Assembly: GCF_006345805.1 (NCBI RefSeq)
Contig: NC_043003.1
Coordinates: forward strand, 64,356,001 to 64,420,000
Reading direction: 5' to 3'
DNA from: Octopus sinensis
Lineage: Eukaryota
DNA length: 64,000 bases
Shown piece by piece: positions 37,281 to 49,745 of the stretch. Within the stretch, counting starts at the first letter, position 1. The number at the start of each line of letters is the position of its first letter. The notes below the pieces were generated by a model that searched no databases, had not been told where the DNA came from, and worked only from the letters and a program-made list of their open reading frames with translations. A program made the translations under genes and the position numbers.

Positions 37281-38832
37281 CACATATACATACACATAAA
37301 TGGGACTGTTGTTTTGGAAAATTTAAGGTTGTCAAAAATGGGCTACATCACTAATGTTTTTAAAACAACATCATTTATTCTAAAAAATATTCAGAAAGTT
37401 AAAATAATTCAGTATCGAATTTGTTGAAGCGTAAGGTAACAAATTACGGAGCCGACAGACAAATGTGTCATGAAAAGCATTCAAGCGTGACATACCGTCC
37501 TTTGTGAGTATGCTCCGTCATCAACTCTTTTTAAAAAGAAAAATGCTAAGGCGTAAAAAAAAAAATTAGTATGATTATTATTGACCTCAAAAGAATGAAA
37601 GGCCGAGGTTGTCTTTGTTTTCTAACGTTTCGGGATCGATAAAGTCCCAGTTCAGCATTGGGGTCGATGTAACAGACAAAACCCTCCCCGAAAAATTTAG
37701 GGTCCTGTTCCTATTATCACTGTCATTGTTGCATGGAATTATTACCACTGTCATTATTGTATGGAAATCTATTATTATTATTATTATTGTAATTCAAATC
37801 CGGCCGAGTTCGATTTTGCTTTAAATCCTTTCGAGGGGCAATAAAGTCGGATATTGGGGGTTCGATGTAATCAAGTGGTCCCCATTCCCCTAAAAACTGC
37901 TGGTTTTGTACTTAAATTAGAAAATTAATATTAATATCGTCGTTGGATTCTATTTTGAGAGAAGAGAAGTTACTCATTATGTAGTCTAACCACAACAATA
38001 ACCATACATGTCGCTGTGCCAACCACGAAAACTAGGCCTTCATGCAGTGACCCGGTTTGCGAGAAATAGCAGCAGAAGAAAGAAAGTAAAAAAACAACAT
38101 CACCCTCAAAATAATACAATCACTGCCTTTGAAAAGCAAAATGACATGTTGAGATAATTTGAGATGGTGGTCATATCCGGAAATATATTCTATCATTAAA
38201 CTGTATTTAGGAGGAGCGGAGTTGGACAGAAATTAAATATCGTTAAAACAACAACATAATTTTCATTATCTGTCACGTAGTTTTTCGAACTAAGTCTAAA
38301 TTAATAAAGACACGTAAATATTAACAGTGTAATTGAACCGATACGGAAAAGACAAGAGAATTTTGTAAAATTAATTAAAATATATTGCGAAGTATAATAA
38401 AGGTAAAAATAAGCAAATAGTTACGTGAATCTGATAAAGAATCGAGTGTTTTGTCCTTAAGTGATGATGGCGTTTTAATGCAGCCTCGTTCTGGTTTCTA
38501 TAGTGAAGTCAATAGAGCGACCTTGGTGTTTTATACGGAGCCTCATTTTCGAAGCAGCAATGTATCACTAACACATGGATAAGACAAACCAATGGTGCAT
38601 CGTCTACGTGGTCGTTCTCACTGTTTCGTTATTTTTAACTACTTTAAGGTGCGAACTGACGGAATTATTACCGCATCGAACTACAATGCTTAATGGCATT
38701 TCTCCCCCAGGTTTACGTTCTACGTTCAAATGCCTTTCATCATTTCCGCTTTCGGTGAATTATGTACCTGTTCATAACTTAGGCCAATGTAATCGTATCG
38801 TCCCTCCTCCCAAATTGCGGACTTTGTACCAA

Positions 38833-39365
38833 GGCGGCGAACTGGCAGAAATGTTAGCATGCCGGGCGAAATGCGTAGCCCGAGGTCGACTTTGCCTTTC
38901 ATCCTTTCGGGGTCGATAAATTAAGTACCAGTTACGCACTGGAGTCGATATAATCGACTTAATCCGTTTGTCTGTCCTTGATTGTCTTCTGCGTTTAGCC
39001 CCTTGTGGGTAGGAAAGAAATAGGTATTTCGTCTGCAGTTAAGTTGTGAGTTCAAATTCCGCCGAGATCGACTTTACCTTTTATCCTTTCGGGGTCGATA
39101 AATTAAGTACCAGTTACGCACTAGGGTCGATGTAATCGACTTAGTCCCTTTGTTTGTCCACTCTATGTTTAGCCCCTTGTGGGTAGTAAAGAAATAGGTA
39201 TTTCGTCTGCCGCTACGTTCTGAGTTCAAATTCCGCCGAGTTAGTCTTTACAGTCTGAGTTCAAATTCCACCGCGGTCGACTTTGCCTTTCATTCTTTCG
39301 GGGTCGATGTAATCGACTTGACCCTACTCCACATAAATTTCGGGTTTTGTCCCTATAGTAGAAAG
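38833..39365 (+). mobile_element. SINE family B with tandem internal units
   Basis: One head, core repeated about three times. Confidence 0.85.
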
Positions 39366-39544
39366 AATATTGATTTCAAATTTTGGCACGAGGCCAGCAG
39401 TTTCGGGGCAGGGCGTAAGTCGATCACACCAGTTCCAGTGCTCCGCTGGTACTTATTTTATCGAAAGGATGAAAGTGTTGGTGTGTACATCTCCGAAATC
39501 TGACCGTTCAGCAAAAGTGACCGATAGACTAAGTACTGTTTTTG

Positions 39545-39934
39545 GAAGCACTCCGTCGGTTACGACGATGAGGGATCCGGTTGATCCGAATCAACGGAAC
39601 AGCCTGCTCGTGAAATTAACGTGTAAGTGGCTGAGCACTCCACAGACACGTGCACCCTTAACGTAGTTCTCGGGGATATTCAGCGTGACACAGAGAGTGA
39701 CAAGTCCGGCCCCTTGAAATACAGGTACAACAGAAACAGGAAGTAAGAGTGAGAGAGAGTTGTGGTGAAAGAGTACAGCAGGGATCACCACCATCCCCTG
39801 CCGGAGCGTCGTGGAGCTTTTAGGTGTTTTTTTTCCCGCTCAATAAACACTCACAACGCCCGGTCTGGGAATCGAAACCGCGATCCTATGACCGCGAGTT
39901 CGCTGCCCTAACCACTGGGCCATTGCGCCTCCAC
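39545..39934 (-). mobile_element. tRNA-derived SINE family C (GGAGGCGCAATGGCCCAGTGGTTAGGGCAGCG head)
   Basis: A-box TGGCCCAGTGG and B-box GTTTCGATTCC; related copies at about 43725-44083, 46835-47110, 60128-60390 and 61588-61910. Confidence 0.85.
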
Positions 39935-40204
39935 AGACTAAGTACTAGGCTTACATAGAATAAGTCCTGCGACTAAAAGCGGTGCTCCAGCATGGCTGCA
40001 GTCAAATGACTGAAACGTATAAAAGAGCAAACCAAAGAACGAGTGGATACTTTGTCGTTTTTCATTGGTTTGATCTAAAGCGGTGGGTCTCAGACAGGGT
40101 CCATATCATACATGGATCCTAGGGTGGGGTCTACACAAGCAAAATAGTACATTGAGTCCACAGTAGATTTGCTTTAGACGTACATATTTTGATCAATTAG
40201 TATC

Positions 40205-40325
40205 CGGGCTGTTGCTATAGTAACGAAGTTAAAACACGCGGAGTGAAACCGCTTGGCACGGATTGACCTTGAACGCTGCTGTGCATGCGCACTAAATTTT
40301 AACATTCTAGCTCGCTTCCGCTATT
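40205..40325. promoter_or_regulatory. Promoter-like motif cluster: RFX X-box, NRF1-like and ETS-like sites
   Basis: GTTGCTATAGTAAC (40211-40224), TGCATGCGCA (40282-40291) and GCTTCCG (~40314-40320) in CpG-rich unique sequence. Confidence 0.35.
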
Positions 40326-40649
40326 TACAGCAGTGCTTGGAAGGAAGGCGTGTAGCGTGTGATCGTAACTTAAGATGGGTGATTTCCCTTGATTGGGATC
40401 ATGGAGCAAATTCGGATTATCACCCTTAAACTATAATTTGTTCCCAGCAATTTTGGGGAAATTGATTTAGTCCATTTGAGGGTACTTCTAATTATATAAA
40501 TATTGTTTTGTTTCCACTACAACAATAGAACAGTTGCCTTTTCGCCTGCGACTCTCATATTTCATGAAATTCTTTGCTTTAGTACACGAGCCAGTAGTAT
40601 TATTACTTCGACACGTGGAAGGCCGATGGTGCCATTTTCTTTCAGCTTT

Positions 40650-41430
40650 GCATCTCGACGTCTATGAACGATTAATTAGTATCATTGGACAACGACATCC
40701 AAAGCAGTCAATCATCTTTGCCAGGGTCTTCGAGAGGAGCCACGTTTCCGCTCCATAGGGGAGTATGGAGAGGACCGATGCGTTGTAGATGCGGAGCTTC
40801 GTCTCCCCGGAGATAGAACAGTGGCGCCAGAGGGACTTCCATGGGGAGAACATGATTCCAGCGGCCAGACCACATCTGCGGTTGAGCTTCGAGGTCTGGT
40901 TTCCGTTGTTGGTGATTGCGGAGCTAAAAAGGTGAAGGAGCTGACAAACTCCACGACGTCGGGGCCAATATGGAAAAGTGGACAGTCCGAGCCATCTCCA
41001 ACATACATCAGTTGGGTCTTCGCCCAACTCACTTGAGGGCTATACTTTGCTGATTCTTCTCTGTAAATGGTCAGTGCGTCCCCGAGTTGGTCGATGGGGT
41101 TCGCATACTCCAGGTTGGTAAGGTGGTAGTTCCAGAAGGTCACGCTAGAGACTCGTTCACATATCTTGATCATCAGATAATCGATGACAGTTGAAGAGGT
41201 CGGGAACGGGCACGCAGTCCTGTCTAACCACGCTGGGGGGAACCAGTCGGCGTCCTTCCCGTTCACTCACACGCAGCTCTATAGAGCCGTTGGAACAGAG
41301 CAGGGATCTTGAGAGGCGCAATGACGAGCTTGAGAATTTTCTGGAGGAATGCATAGTCGGCCGTGTCGAAAGCTGCTTTGAGACCGACGAAGGTGGCGAT
41401 CTTTGCAGACTCCCAAGATTTTTCAATGAA
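40650..41430 (-). mobile_element. RTE-like LINE RT fragment (frameshifted)
   Basis: VRQDCVPVPDLFN, LTNLEYA, TKLRIYNASVLSILPYGAETW motifs. Confidence 0.85.
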
Positions 41431-41659
41431 TGAAAATTTTTGCCGACATTCTCAGTAGATTACCGATTTTTGTTTATTTTCCCCCGTAACTTAGCAGTTC
41501 GGCAAAAGAGTCGGATATAATTAGTGCCAGGCTTTAAAAAATGTCCTGGGGTCTATTTGTTCGACCAAATCTCTTAAGGCGGCACCCCAGCATGGCCGCA
41601 GTCCAGTGACTGATGCAGGTAAAAGGTAAAAGATATATATATATATATTCTTTTTTTCT

Positions 41660-42097
41660 TTTTCTTTTACTTGTTTCAGTCATTTGACTGCGGCCATCGC
41701 CTTCAGTCGATCCCAGGACTTATTCGTTGTAAGCCTAGTACTTATTGTATCGTTCTCTTTTGCCGAACCGCTATGTTACCGGGACGTAAACACACCAACA
41801 TCGGTTGTCAAGCGAGGTTGTGGGGAACAAACACAGACACAAACATACTTACACACACATATACAACGGGTTTCTTTCAGTTTTCGCCTATCACAAAGCT
41901 TTGGTCATTTCCAAGGTGCCACGCAATGGACTGAACCCGGAACCATATGGTTGGTAAGCAAGCTACTTACCACACATAACTCTATCTATATATCTATCTG
42001 CTCGAAAGACATTTGCCCAAGGTCTTACGCAGTGGGACTGAACCCGGACCCATGTGGATGGTAAGCAAGCTACTTACCACACAGCCACTCCAGCGCC

Positions 42098-42098
<1 letters not shown>
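41660..42098 (-). mobile_element. SINE family A copy with duplicated head
   Basis: Family A tail plus two head fragments. Confidence 0.75.
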
Positions 42099-42143
<45 letters not shown>

Positions 42144-43218
42144 ATATAATATATATATATATATAATATATATATATTATATATATATATATATGGGGAA
42201 GGGGTTTCGGCAATCACTAGAATATGAGAGATATTGCTGAAAACAAAAATACTTATAATAAATGTGTTTTGAATGGCACAATTATTACTATTTATTATTA
42301 TTGTTTACAAACAATACACAATGCTTCAAGCGAACTACAATATTCTCCTAAAAATACCTATATATAAAAAATAAATAAATTTTCCGTAAACTACCGAGAA
42401 CGTCGGGAATTCAGTTGGCAAAACTTTAACAGTCGCTATATTTATACCAAATGATTGCCAAAAATAATATAGGTACAAATCCACAAGCATTATCCCTTTA
42501 CTTCTCCGCTATTTTAATGTATCCCCCCCCCCCGTAAAAGCTACTTCAGTCGAAAATGAAATTAGGATATAAAGGGAGATTACTCAATACAACGAAACAT
42601 TCATTTTGTTGCTGCCCTCATTCTACGTCAATGAGTTTTTTGTTATTGTAGACATTGTTTTGTTGCAAAGTCATTGCTCAGTGTATTCATTTCGTAGCAG
42701 AATTGTCAGGGTTCTATAAAATGGCTTAGTTAGATATTGACCTGTATGTTCTGAGTTTCGATTTCATTGAGGTGAACTTTGGTTTTATTTTCTCGTGTCG
42801 GACTGAATTTCTTATATTACGCATTTTAGTTGTGAATAATAATACATCGATAAGAGTGTAACAGCGTCATTAGTTACAGGTCAGTTAATTGACCAATCAC
42901 TAGCCAGTGACGACATACTGACTCTGCGATTCGGGCGAGCAAAACATAAACAAAAAGATCATAAGGAATTTTCGTCCTATAGCACCGGGTAATGAATTTT
43001 TATAAAATATTTTTAGCAGATGTTAAATTTTTTTGAGACTAAAAATTAGAACTTTTTTTTGGAGGGGATAGATGGTATTTTAGTTTGCAAAACAATAATC
43101 CAAAAATGAAAAAGAATGACAACAAATTCTAAATGATCTGATCCTCGGAGAATTCACACGGATTCATTAAATGCTAGTGGAGTAAATGGAATGTTGAAAA
43201 GATTTAAAAACATATCTT

Positions 43219-43637
43219 GGCGATCTTTCGTCCAAGTAGACCTTTCCGTCGATTTCCGTAAAAAATTTTTTTTTTTTACATATGGGCTTGCGGGAACGTT
43301 TGAAGTAATGAGAGCGAAAGAGACTAAGAGAAAGCGATTGTATGACGAGGGAAGTTCTTTTGAAGTTACCGTGCATGGGAGCATTGATGTACATGTGTGT
43401 GTGTGTGTGTATGTTTGATGGGGTGTGGGAGACAGAAAGTATGTTGTGTAAGTGAAGTGCTTCTGTTAGTGTGTGTGAAGAGACAGAGAGAGTCCATGCA
43501 CGGTAACTTCAAAAGAACTTCCCTCGTCATACAATCGCTTTCTCTTAGTCTCTTTCGCTCTCATTACTTCAAAAGTTCCCGCTAGCCCATATGTAAAAAA
43601 AATCGACGGAAAGGTCTACTAGAGACGAAAGATCGCC
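43219..43637. mobile_element. Fold-back element with about 145-160 bp inverted arms
   Basis: 43219-43378 is the reverse complement of 43494-43637. Confidence 0.85.
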
Positions 43638-44185
43638 CATATCTTAATTGCGAGTTAAATTATGATAAATGTATGTATAGATGTATGGTGTGTGTGTGTG
43701 TATGTCCATATATATATGTATCGTGGCACACCGTCGGTTACAACGACGAGGGTTCCAGTTGATCCCATCAACAAAATAGTCCGCTTGTGAAATTAACATT
43801 CAAGTGGCTGAGCACTCCACAGACACGTGTACCCTTAACTTAGTTCTCGGGGAGATTCAGCGTGACAAGGCTGGCGCTTTGAAGTACAGATACAACAAAA
43901 ACAAGAGTGAGAGAAAGTTGTGGTGAAAGAACACAGCTGTGTTCGCCACCCCCCCCCTGCCGGGGCCTCGTGGAATTTTGGTGTTTCGCTCAATAAACAC
44001 TCATAATACCCGGTCTGGGAATCGAAGCCGCGATCCTACGACCGCGAGTCCGCTGCCTTGACAACTGGAACATTGCGCCTCCACACACACATTTACCTTC
44101 GCATATACCGGTATAGCATTCTATGAATCGTTGAGCACGTTGCATCTCCTCTCTGCGCGCATGTAGGTTAAGATGAAGCTCAATA

Positions 44186-44597
44186 TACTCTTACTCTTTT
44201 ACTTGTTTCAGTCTTTTGACTGCGGCCATGCTGGAGCACCGCCTTTAATCGAGCAACTCGACCCCGGGACTTATTCTTTTGTAAGCCCAGTACTTATCCT
44301 ATCGGTCTCTTTTGCCGAACCGCTAAGTAACGGGGACATAAACACACCAGCATCGGTTGTCAAGCAATGCTAGGGAGACAAACACAGACACACAAACACA
44401 CACACGCATATATATATATATATATGCATATATACGACAGGCTTCTTTCAGTTTCCGTCTACCAAATCCACTCACAAGGCTTTGGTCGGCCCGAGGCTAT
44501 AGTAGAAGACACTTACCCAAGGTGCCACGCAGTGGGACTGAACCCGGAACCATGTGGTTGGTTAGCAAGCTACTTACCACACAGCCACTCCTGCGCC
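44186..44597 (-). mobile_element. SINE family A, near-intact copy
   Basis: Complete head to tail, CpGs retained. Confidence 0.9.
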
Positions 44598-45290
44598 TAT
44601 GATTCTTAAATTGATATTTTTCAGTTACTTATATTCACACCAAATAATTATGCTATATTCTTTATATAAGCGTATGCGGAGGTGAACACCGTTAAACTAA
44701 AAGCTAACCTCGTTAATCGTTAATTCTTTGAAAATGTAACGGAAGTTAACGTTAACTTTTATTGAAAAAAGGCATAACTACAGTTTAATGCCCCACCAAC
44801 TTTGTTGCCTCATAACTTACAGAAAAGGGGATAACTTAGAGAAAAATGGAGGAAGAGGAGGAAGGAAAGGAGGAGGAGGAAGAGGCAGGAACGGGTTGAA
44901 GGGGAGGAGAGGGCTGAAAAGGAGGAGGAGAAGAAGGAGCGGGGGAGAGAAAAGCAGAGAAAGTGGAAGGGAAGAGGTCTGGGAAGCATTGGAAGGAGAC
45001 TAAGGAGAGGAAGGGAGAAAGTCCGTTAAGGGGAAGGGGAGGAAGAGGAGGAAATAGAGGGAAGGGGAGGAAGGGGTAACAGGAGAGGAAGGGGAGGTCG
45101 GAGGAAGAAGTGGGTGGAAGGTGAGGAAGAGAGGGACAGGATGAAAGGCAGGAGAGGGAGGAAGGGGACGAAGGGGTGGAAGTGGAGGAAGGGTAGAAAA
45201 GGGGAGGTAGGGATGAAAGAGGTAAGCCCGTAATGAAATCGGCTCATTCTTTTTGAATAACTCTGCATGTATATATATATATATATATAA

Positions 45291-46624
45291 TGTTAATAAA
45301 ATAGAACATATGCATATATATAAACATATATGTACGTACCTACCTCTACATGTACATATACACGCATATATGTGTACAGGACACCAAAAAGACGTCGAAC
45401 ACATAGAGAGACGAAAAACATAGACACAAACCAAGGAACAGGACAAGCAAAAAAGAAAAAAAGAGATACAGGACAATAAGCACAACGAAAAATCCCCTTC
45501 TTCAGTCGCTAAGGTTTCATCTACTCTACGTTTTGAAGGATAAAAGCGAGACGTATACTTCGAAGAAACTTCCTTCCTGCGAAAAGCAAATCAATTAAAA
45601 TTCTGAGATCTTTTCGCAGAGGGGTAAAAAATGGTAAAAAAAGCAAGACGGTAACGACAGTACAAACATATAAACAGTAAAAAAAAAATTATATATAAAC
45701 AGTTGAAAAATAAATATATAACAGTGAGAGACAGGACAAGGAGAACAAGATAAGAAGGGCTGTTTACGCCAGACGAAAAAAGTAATGCAAACGCTGGATT
45801 ATAGTGGACGACGAGAGAGAAAGAATGTCGACCAGTGGCCTTAGAAGGCGGGCGAGAAAAGACAGGATAGCAGTTACGACGGAAGTATCGTCGCAGATGG
45901 ACGACGGGAATGGGGGAGGAGGAGCAAGAGGAAGAGAGAGAAGAAGGGGAATGGTGCGAGGAGACCATGAAGAATGGTGAGGGGGAGAGAGAGAATGAAG
46001 AATGAGAGAGAGAGGAAGAGACAAGTTAAGTGAGGGAAAAAGGACGAAAAAGGGAATGGGAGAGAAAGAAAGAAAGATGCAGAGTCGCGTGAGAGTTAAT
46101 ATCAAGGCTAATTTGATAAACAGAACAATCTTACTTAATAGGGTGCGTGCGTTTAGTCGTATAATATGTTAATAAAATAGAACATTTGCATATATATAAA
46201 CATATATGTACGTACCTACCTCTACATGTACATATACACGCATATATGTGTACAGGACACCAAAAAGACGTCGAACACATAGAGAGACGAAAAACATAGA
46301 CACAAACCAAGGAACAGGACAAGCAAAAAAGAAAAAAAGAGATACAGGACAATAAGCACAACGAAAAATCCCCTTCTTCAGTCGCTAAGGTTTCATCTAC
46401 TCTACGTTTCGAAGGATAAAAGCGAGACGTATACTTCGAAGAAACTTCCTTCCTGCGAAAAGCAAATCAATTAAAATTCTGAGATCTTTTCGCAGAGGGG
46501 TAAAAAATGGTAAAAAAAGCAAGACGGTAACGACAGTACAAACATATAAACAGTAAAAAAAAAATTATATATAAACAGTTGAAAAATAAATATATAACAG
46601 TGAGAGACAGGACAAGGAGAACAA
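45291..46624 (-). repeat. 458-bp near-identical direct repeats (45291-45748 and 46167-46624); Penelope-like pseudo-LTRs
   Basis: Two copies visible directly, separated by a purine-rich spacer; the Penelope assignment is inference. Confidence 0.8.
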
Positions 46625-46745
46625 TATATATATATATATATTTAAAAATTGAGGGAGATAAATTAATATTAATTTTAATATCAATTTAAAACCAGTAGTC
46701 CAGCATTCAAAAAATCTGAGGAGTCAAGGCCAGCCCTGCCAATAT

Positions 46746-46833
<88 letters not shown>

Positions 46834-47429
46834 GCGCCCTTAAAGCCTAGCCAGGTTCATGGGCCCGGTTTCTATGGCGTATGTGTTCACCCCAGCTGGA
46901 CGGGACGCCAGTCCATCGCAGCGTTACTCAAGAAACAGGAAGAGAGAGTGAGAGAAAGTTGGGGCGAAAGTGTACAACAAGTGTCACCACCACTCCCTGC
47001 CGGAACCTCGTGGAGCTTTAGGTGTTTTCGCTCAATAAACACACACAACTCCCGGTCTGGGAATCGAAACCGCGAGTCCGCTGCCCTAACCACTGGGCGA
47101 TTGCGCCTCACACACACGCACACACATGCCATTGTTACACTTAAAGGGAGATCACTTCATTAAATAGATTAAAGAAGAGTTCTTAAAACAATTTTTGAGA
47201 AATGAATTTTGTTTTCTTGCCGCAAAAGCTGAAAACACAAATGTGGAAATACAGAATGCAATACTTCAGAGCCGAATCAGCGACTCCAAAGAAGTTGGGC
47301 CAAAATGGTTATTTCTAAACGTTTCATACCCAGGAAAGTAATACCGACTCAAATGTATTTTCCTCTTTTTATTGCATAGTCTTAAGGAGTGTGCTACGGC
47401 CATGTCCTTTGAAAAACTAACGAGATCAA

Positions 47430-47770
47430 GATGGTTGGTGTTTTTCTTGACTAGCTACATGTTGTTAAATCGTAAGGAGAAGCTTTGACTGGGAGGTAAT
47501 TCCAGATGTATGGCATTTTAAGATGAAAAGACTGGGAAAAGCGCTTTGTGCCGGGCTTTGGGAAACGGTGGACATAATATAGGTGAAAAGAAGGAAAGGT
47601 GGTGGAATGAAGAAGGCTTAAGTGAATGTGATATGAGACGAATAAGTGCCAAGAGGCAGGGGTCATAAAAGAAGTAACAAGAAAGACAGAGTTAAAAGCT
47701 AATATGTATATGAGACAGACGCGAGTGATTACATGGTCGGGAGTTACATATAAATGCACTTGGCACATTT
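47430..47770 (-). mobile_element. CR1/L2/Jockey-type LINE 3' fragment
   Basis: TKRFSQSF...IWNYLP motif. Confidence 0.5.
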
Positions 47771-49339
47771 GTATGCAGCTCTTGGCCCCTAAAGAACTAA
47801 AGTAGCTCTCTAACTTACCCCAGCCCTTCGCTACCTGTAGATAATAAGGCTATCGACGATTTTTCTCCACTGTTCTTGATTCTGGGCCGTCCTCTCCAAG
47901 GTCCTGCTAGTTTTGAACTCCTGCAATTTTGCTTTGTTTTTTTGGTAAGGGTGTTGGTCATAAGCAACCTATTTTTACCAATTGAGAGAAGTGGTCCATA
48001 TTGGTCTGGCTTCGATCCTTTGACCTATGGCTTCTATCCTTTAACCTGTCCAGCATGAGAGCCCTTACCAGTAGCTTACACTTCACTGGCATAGCCGTCA
48101 GGGTCATCAAGGCTCACAAATGATCCACCACACCAAAAGAAGCACTGGACCTAATGATCTTATGATGGAAAGTAGCTTTTCAGGGATATTTCTCCCATTT
48201 GTATAAACATACGACGCACACAGCTGTGCACACGCGCATAAACGCACACACACGAGCTCCAACAAATTTAAAAGTCCTATTTACTGAAACACTGGATAAC
48301 CACCTCGTTGTATGTCTTAGAATGTCTTTGTTTCCCTCCTCGGTTAAACCCACAATGAAACACTCTCTGTCATTTATCCCTTCAATCGCTACTGCCAACT
48401 GAATATAATTTAAACGTTGAAGTCTACCTAGGGTCAACAAATGCATTTTGCCGGAATTTATTCTGGTTTTCTGGGAAAGACTTTAAACTGCATTCATTAG
48501 AGGGATCCGGGTTCAGGAATTCCTGAGTTTTATGTGGAGGTGGAACCATCTCTTAGCCACTATTTCCCCCAGGTGGTCTTTAACCTCAAGAACTAGCTAG
48601 GGTTGCAGCTGTGGGTTAATTAACATGTCACAGACTTGCTTCCGAGAGGAGGCTATACAAACACCCTAACTGGCCCAGGGCAGATGAAGCCATTCTGCTC
48701 TTTAGCTGTTCATTCTAAGAGAAGGTAACTCCGTCCAAATCCTGCATCCTGGTCCTTGTTGCGTCAGACTAATACAAGTTGGAAGAACGAGAAATTGGGG
48801 TTGGCTGTGCTCAAAATATTTCCACTATAATTATAAAACCCTGCTGCCTTGTTTATATTGAATATTTAAAAGAAGCTAAGGGAGGAAACTCTACAGAAAA
48901 ATCTTGAAGGAAGGACCCTTAGGTAGATATGTACAGTAATGATCACCGTGTGACACGTGACCAACCAGGCTATCTGATGCTGTTACACATCGCTGGTCAC
49001 AATGCGCTTTTTGCATTGTTTTAGCCTTCAAATGACGTCACCCTACCCCCGCTGGCTAGGCGAAGAGGCCAGCATTCTCCGCTGATCGAAAATGGGACTT
49101 TGCTCAAGAACACAACTCGCCGCTCAGTCGGGAATCGACCCCACAATCTATCGATCGTGAGTGCAACAGCCTAACCACTAAGCCACGCGCCATCACACGT
49201 ACGGTTATACTTAACCAATATCTTAACCACCCCCTGCAGCTGCATGGTTGCAACGAACACATCAACTTGTCTTTCCTTCCTGGTGCATCCATGAGTGGAG
49301 AGGCATAACAGACACTTGCTTCCGGAAACAGTCTTTGCA

Positions 49340-49745
49340 CAGCAGAAGTGGTTAAATCACTATTGAAAAAAGATCAACCCTAAGAACTTAAAAGATTATA
49401 TAATTCAAAATATAAGCAATAACATATCATAAAATAAATTTTCATTTTTCAAAACGAAACAAAACAGTAAGAGGGAAAATAATGTTTATTTTTGTAAACT
49501 TTTATTTTATTTATACTTGAAAAGTTTCCTCCTACTTTTTTGAATTGCAGAGTCTTTGATCAGATCCCTAAAATTAATCTTAGTTAACACATCTGCATCT
49601 CCACTTAATAGAGATAAAGGCATCCTGAATATTATTTTATCAAGTTTAAAGTGATTTCTTTCGTGCCGTAAATCATTTACCATTCCTGTGGTGCCCCCTC
49701 CTTCCCTTGATGCCCTATGCACGTGCTTATATTGCTTAATGGTTA
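49340..49745 (-). mobile_element. hAT transposase C-terminal remnant
   Basis: LSLLSGDADVLTKINFRDLIKDSAIQKSRRKLF resembles the end of a hAT dimerisation domain. Confidence 0.55.

Noticed and set aside
36888-37427. 179-aa ORF on the + strand
   Set aside because: No recognisable domain; runs through T-tracts and overlaps the likely promoter
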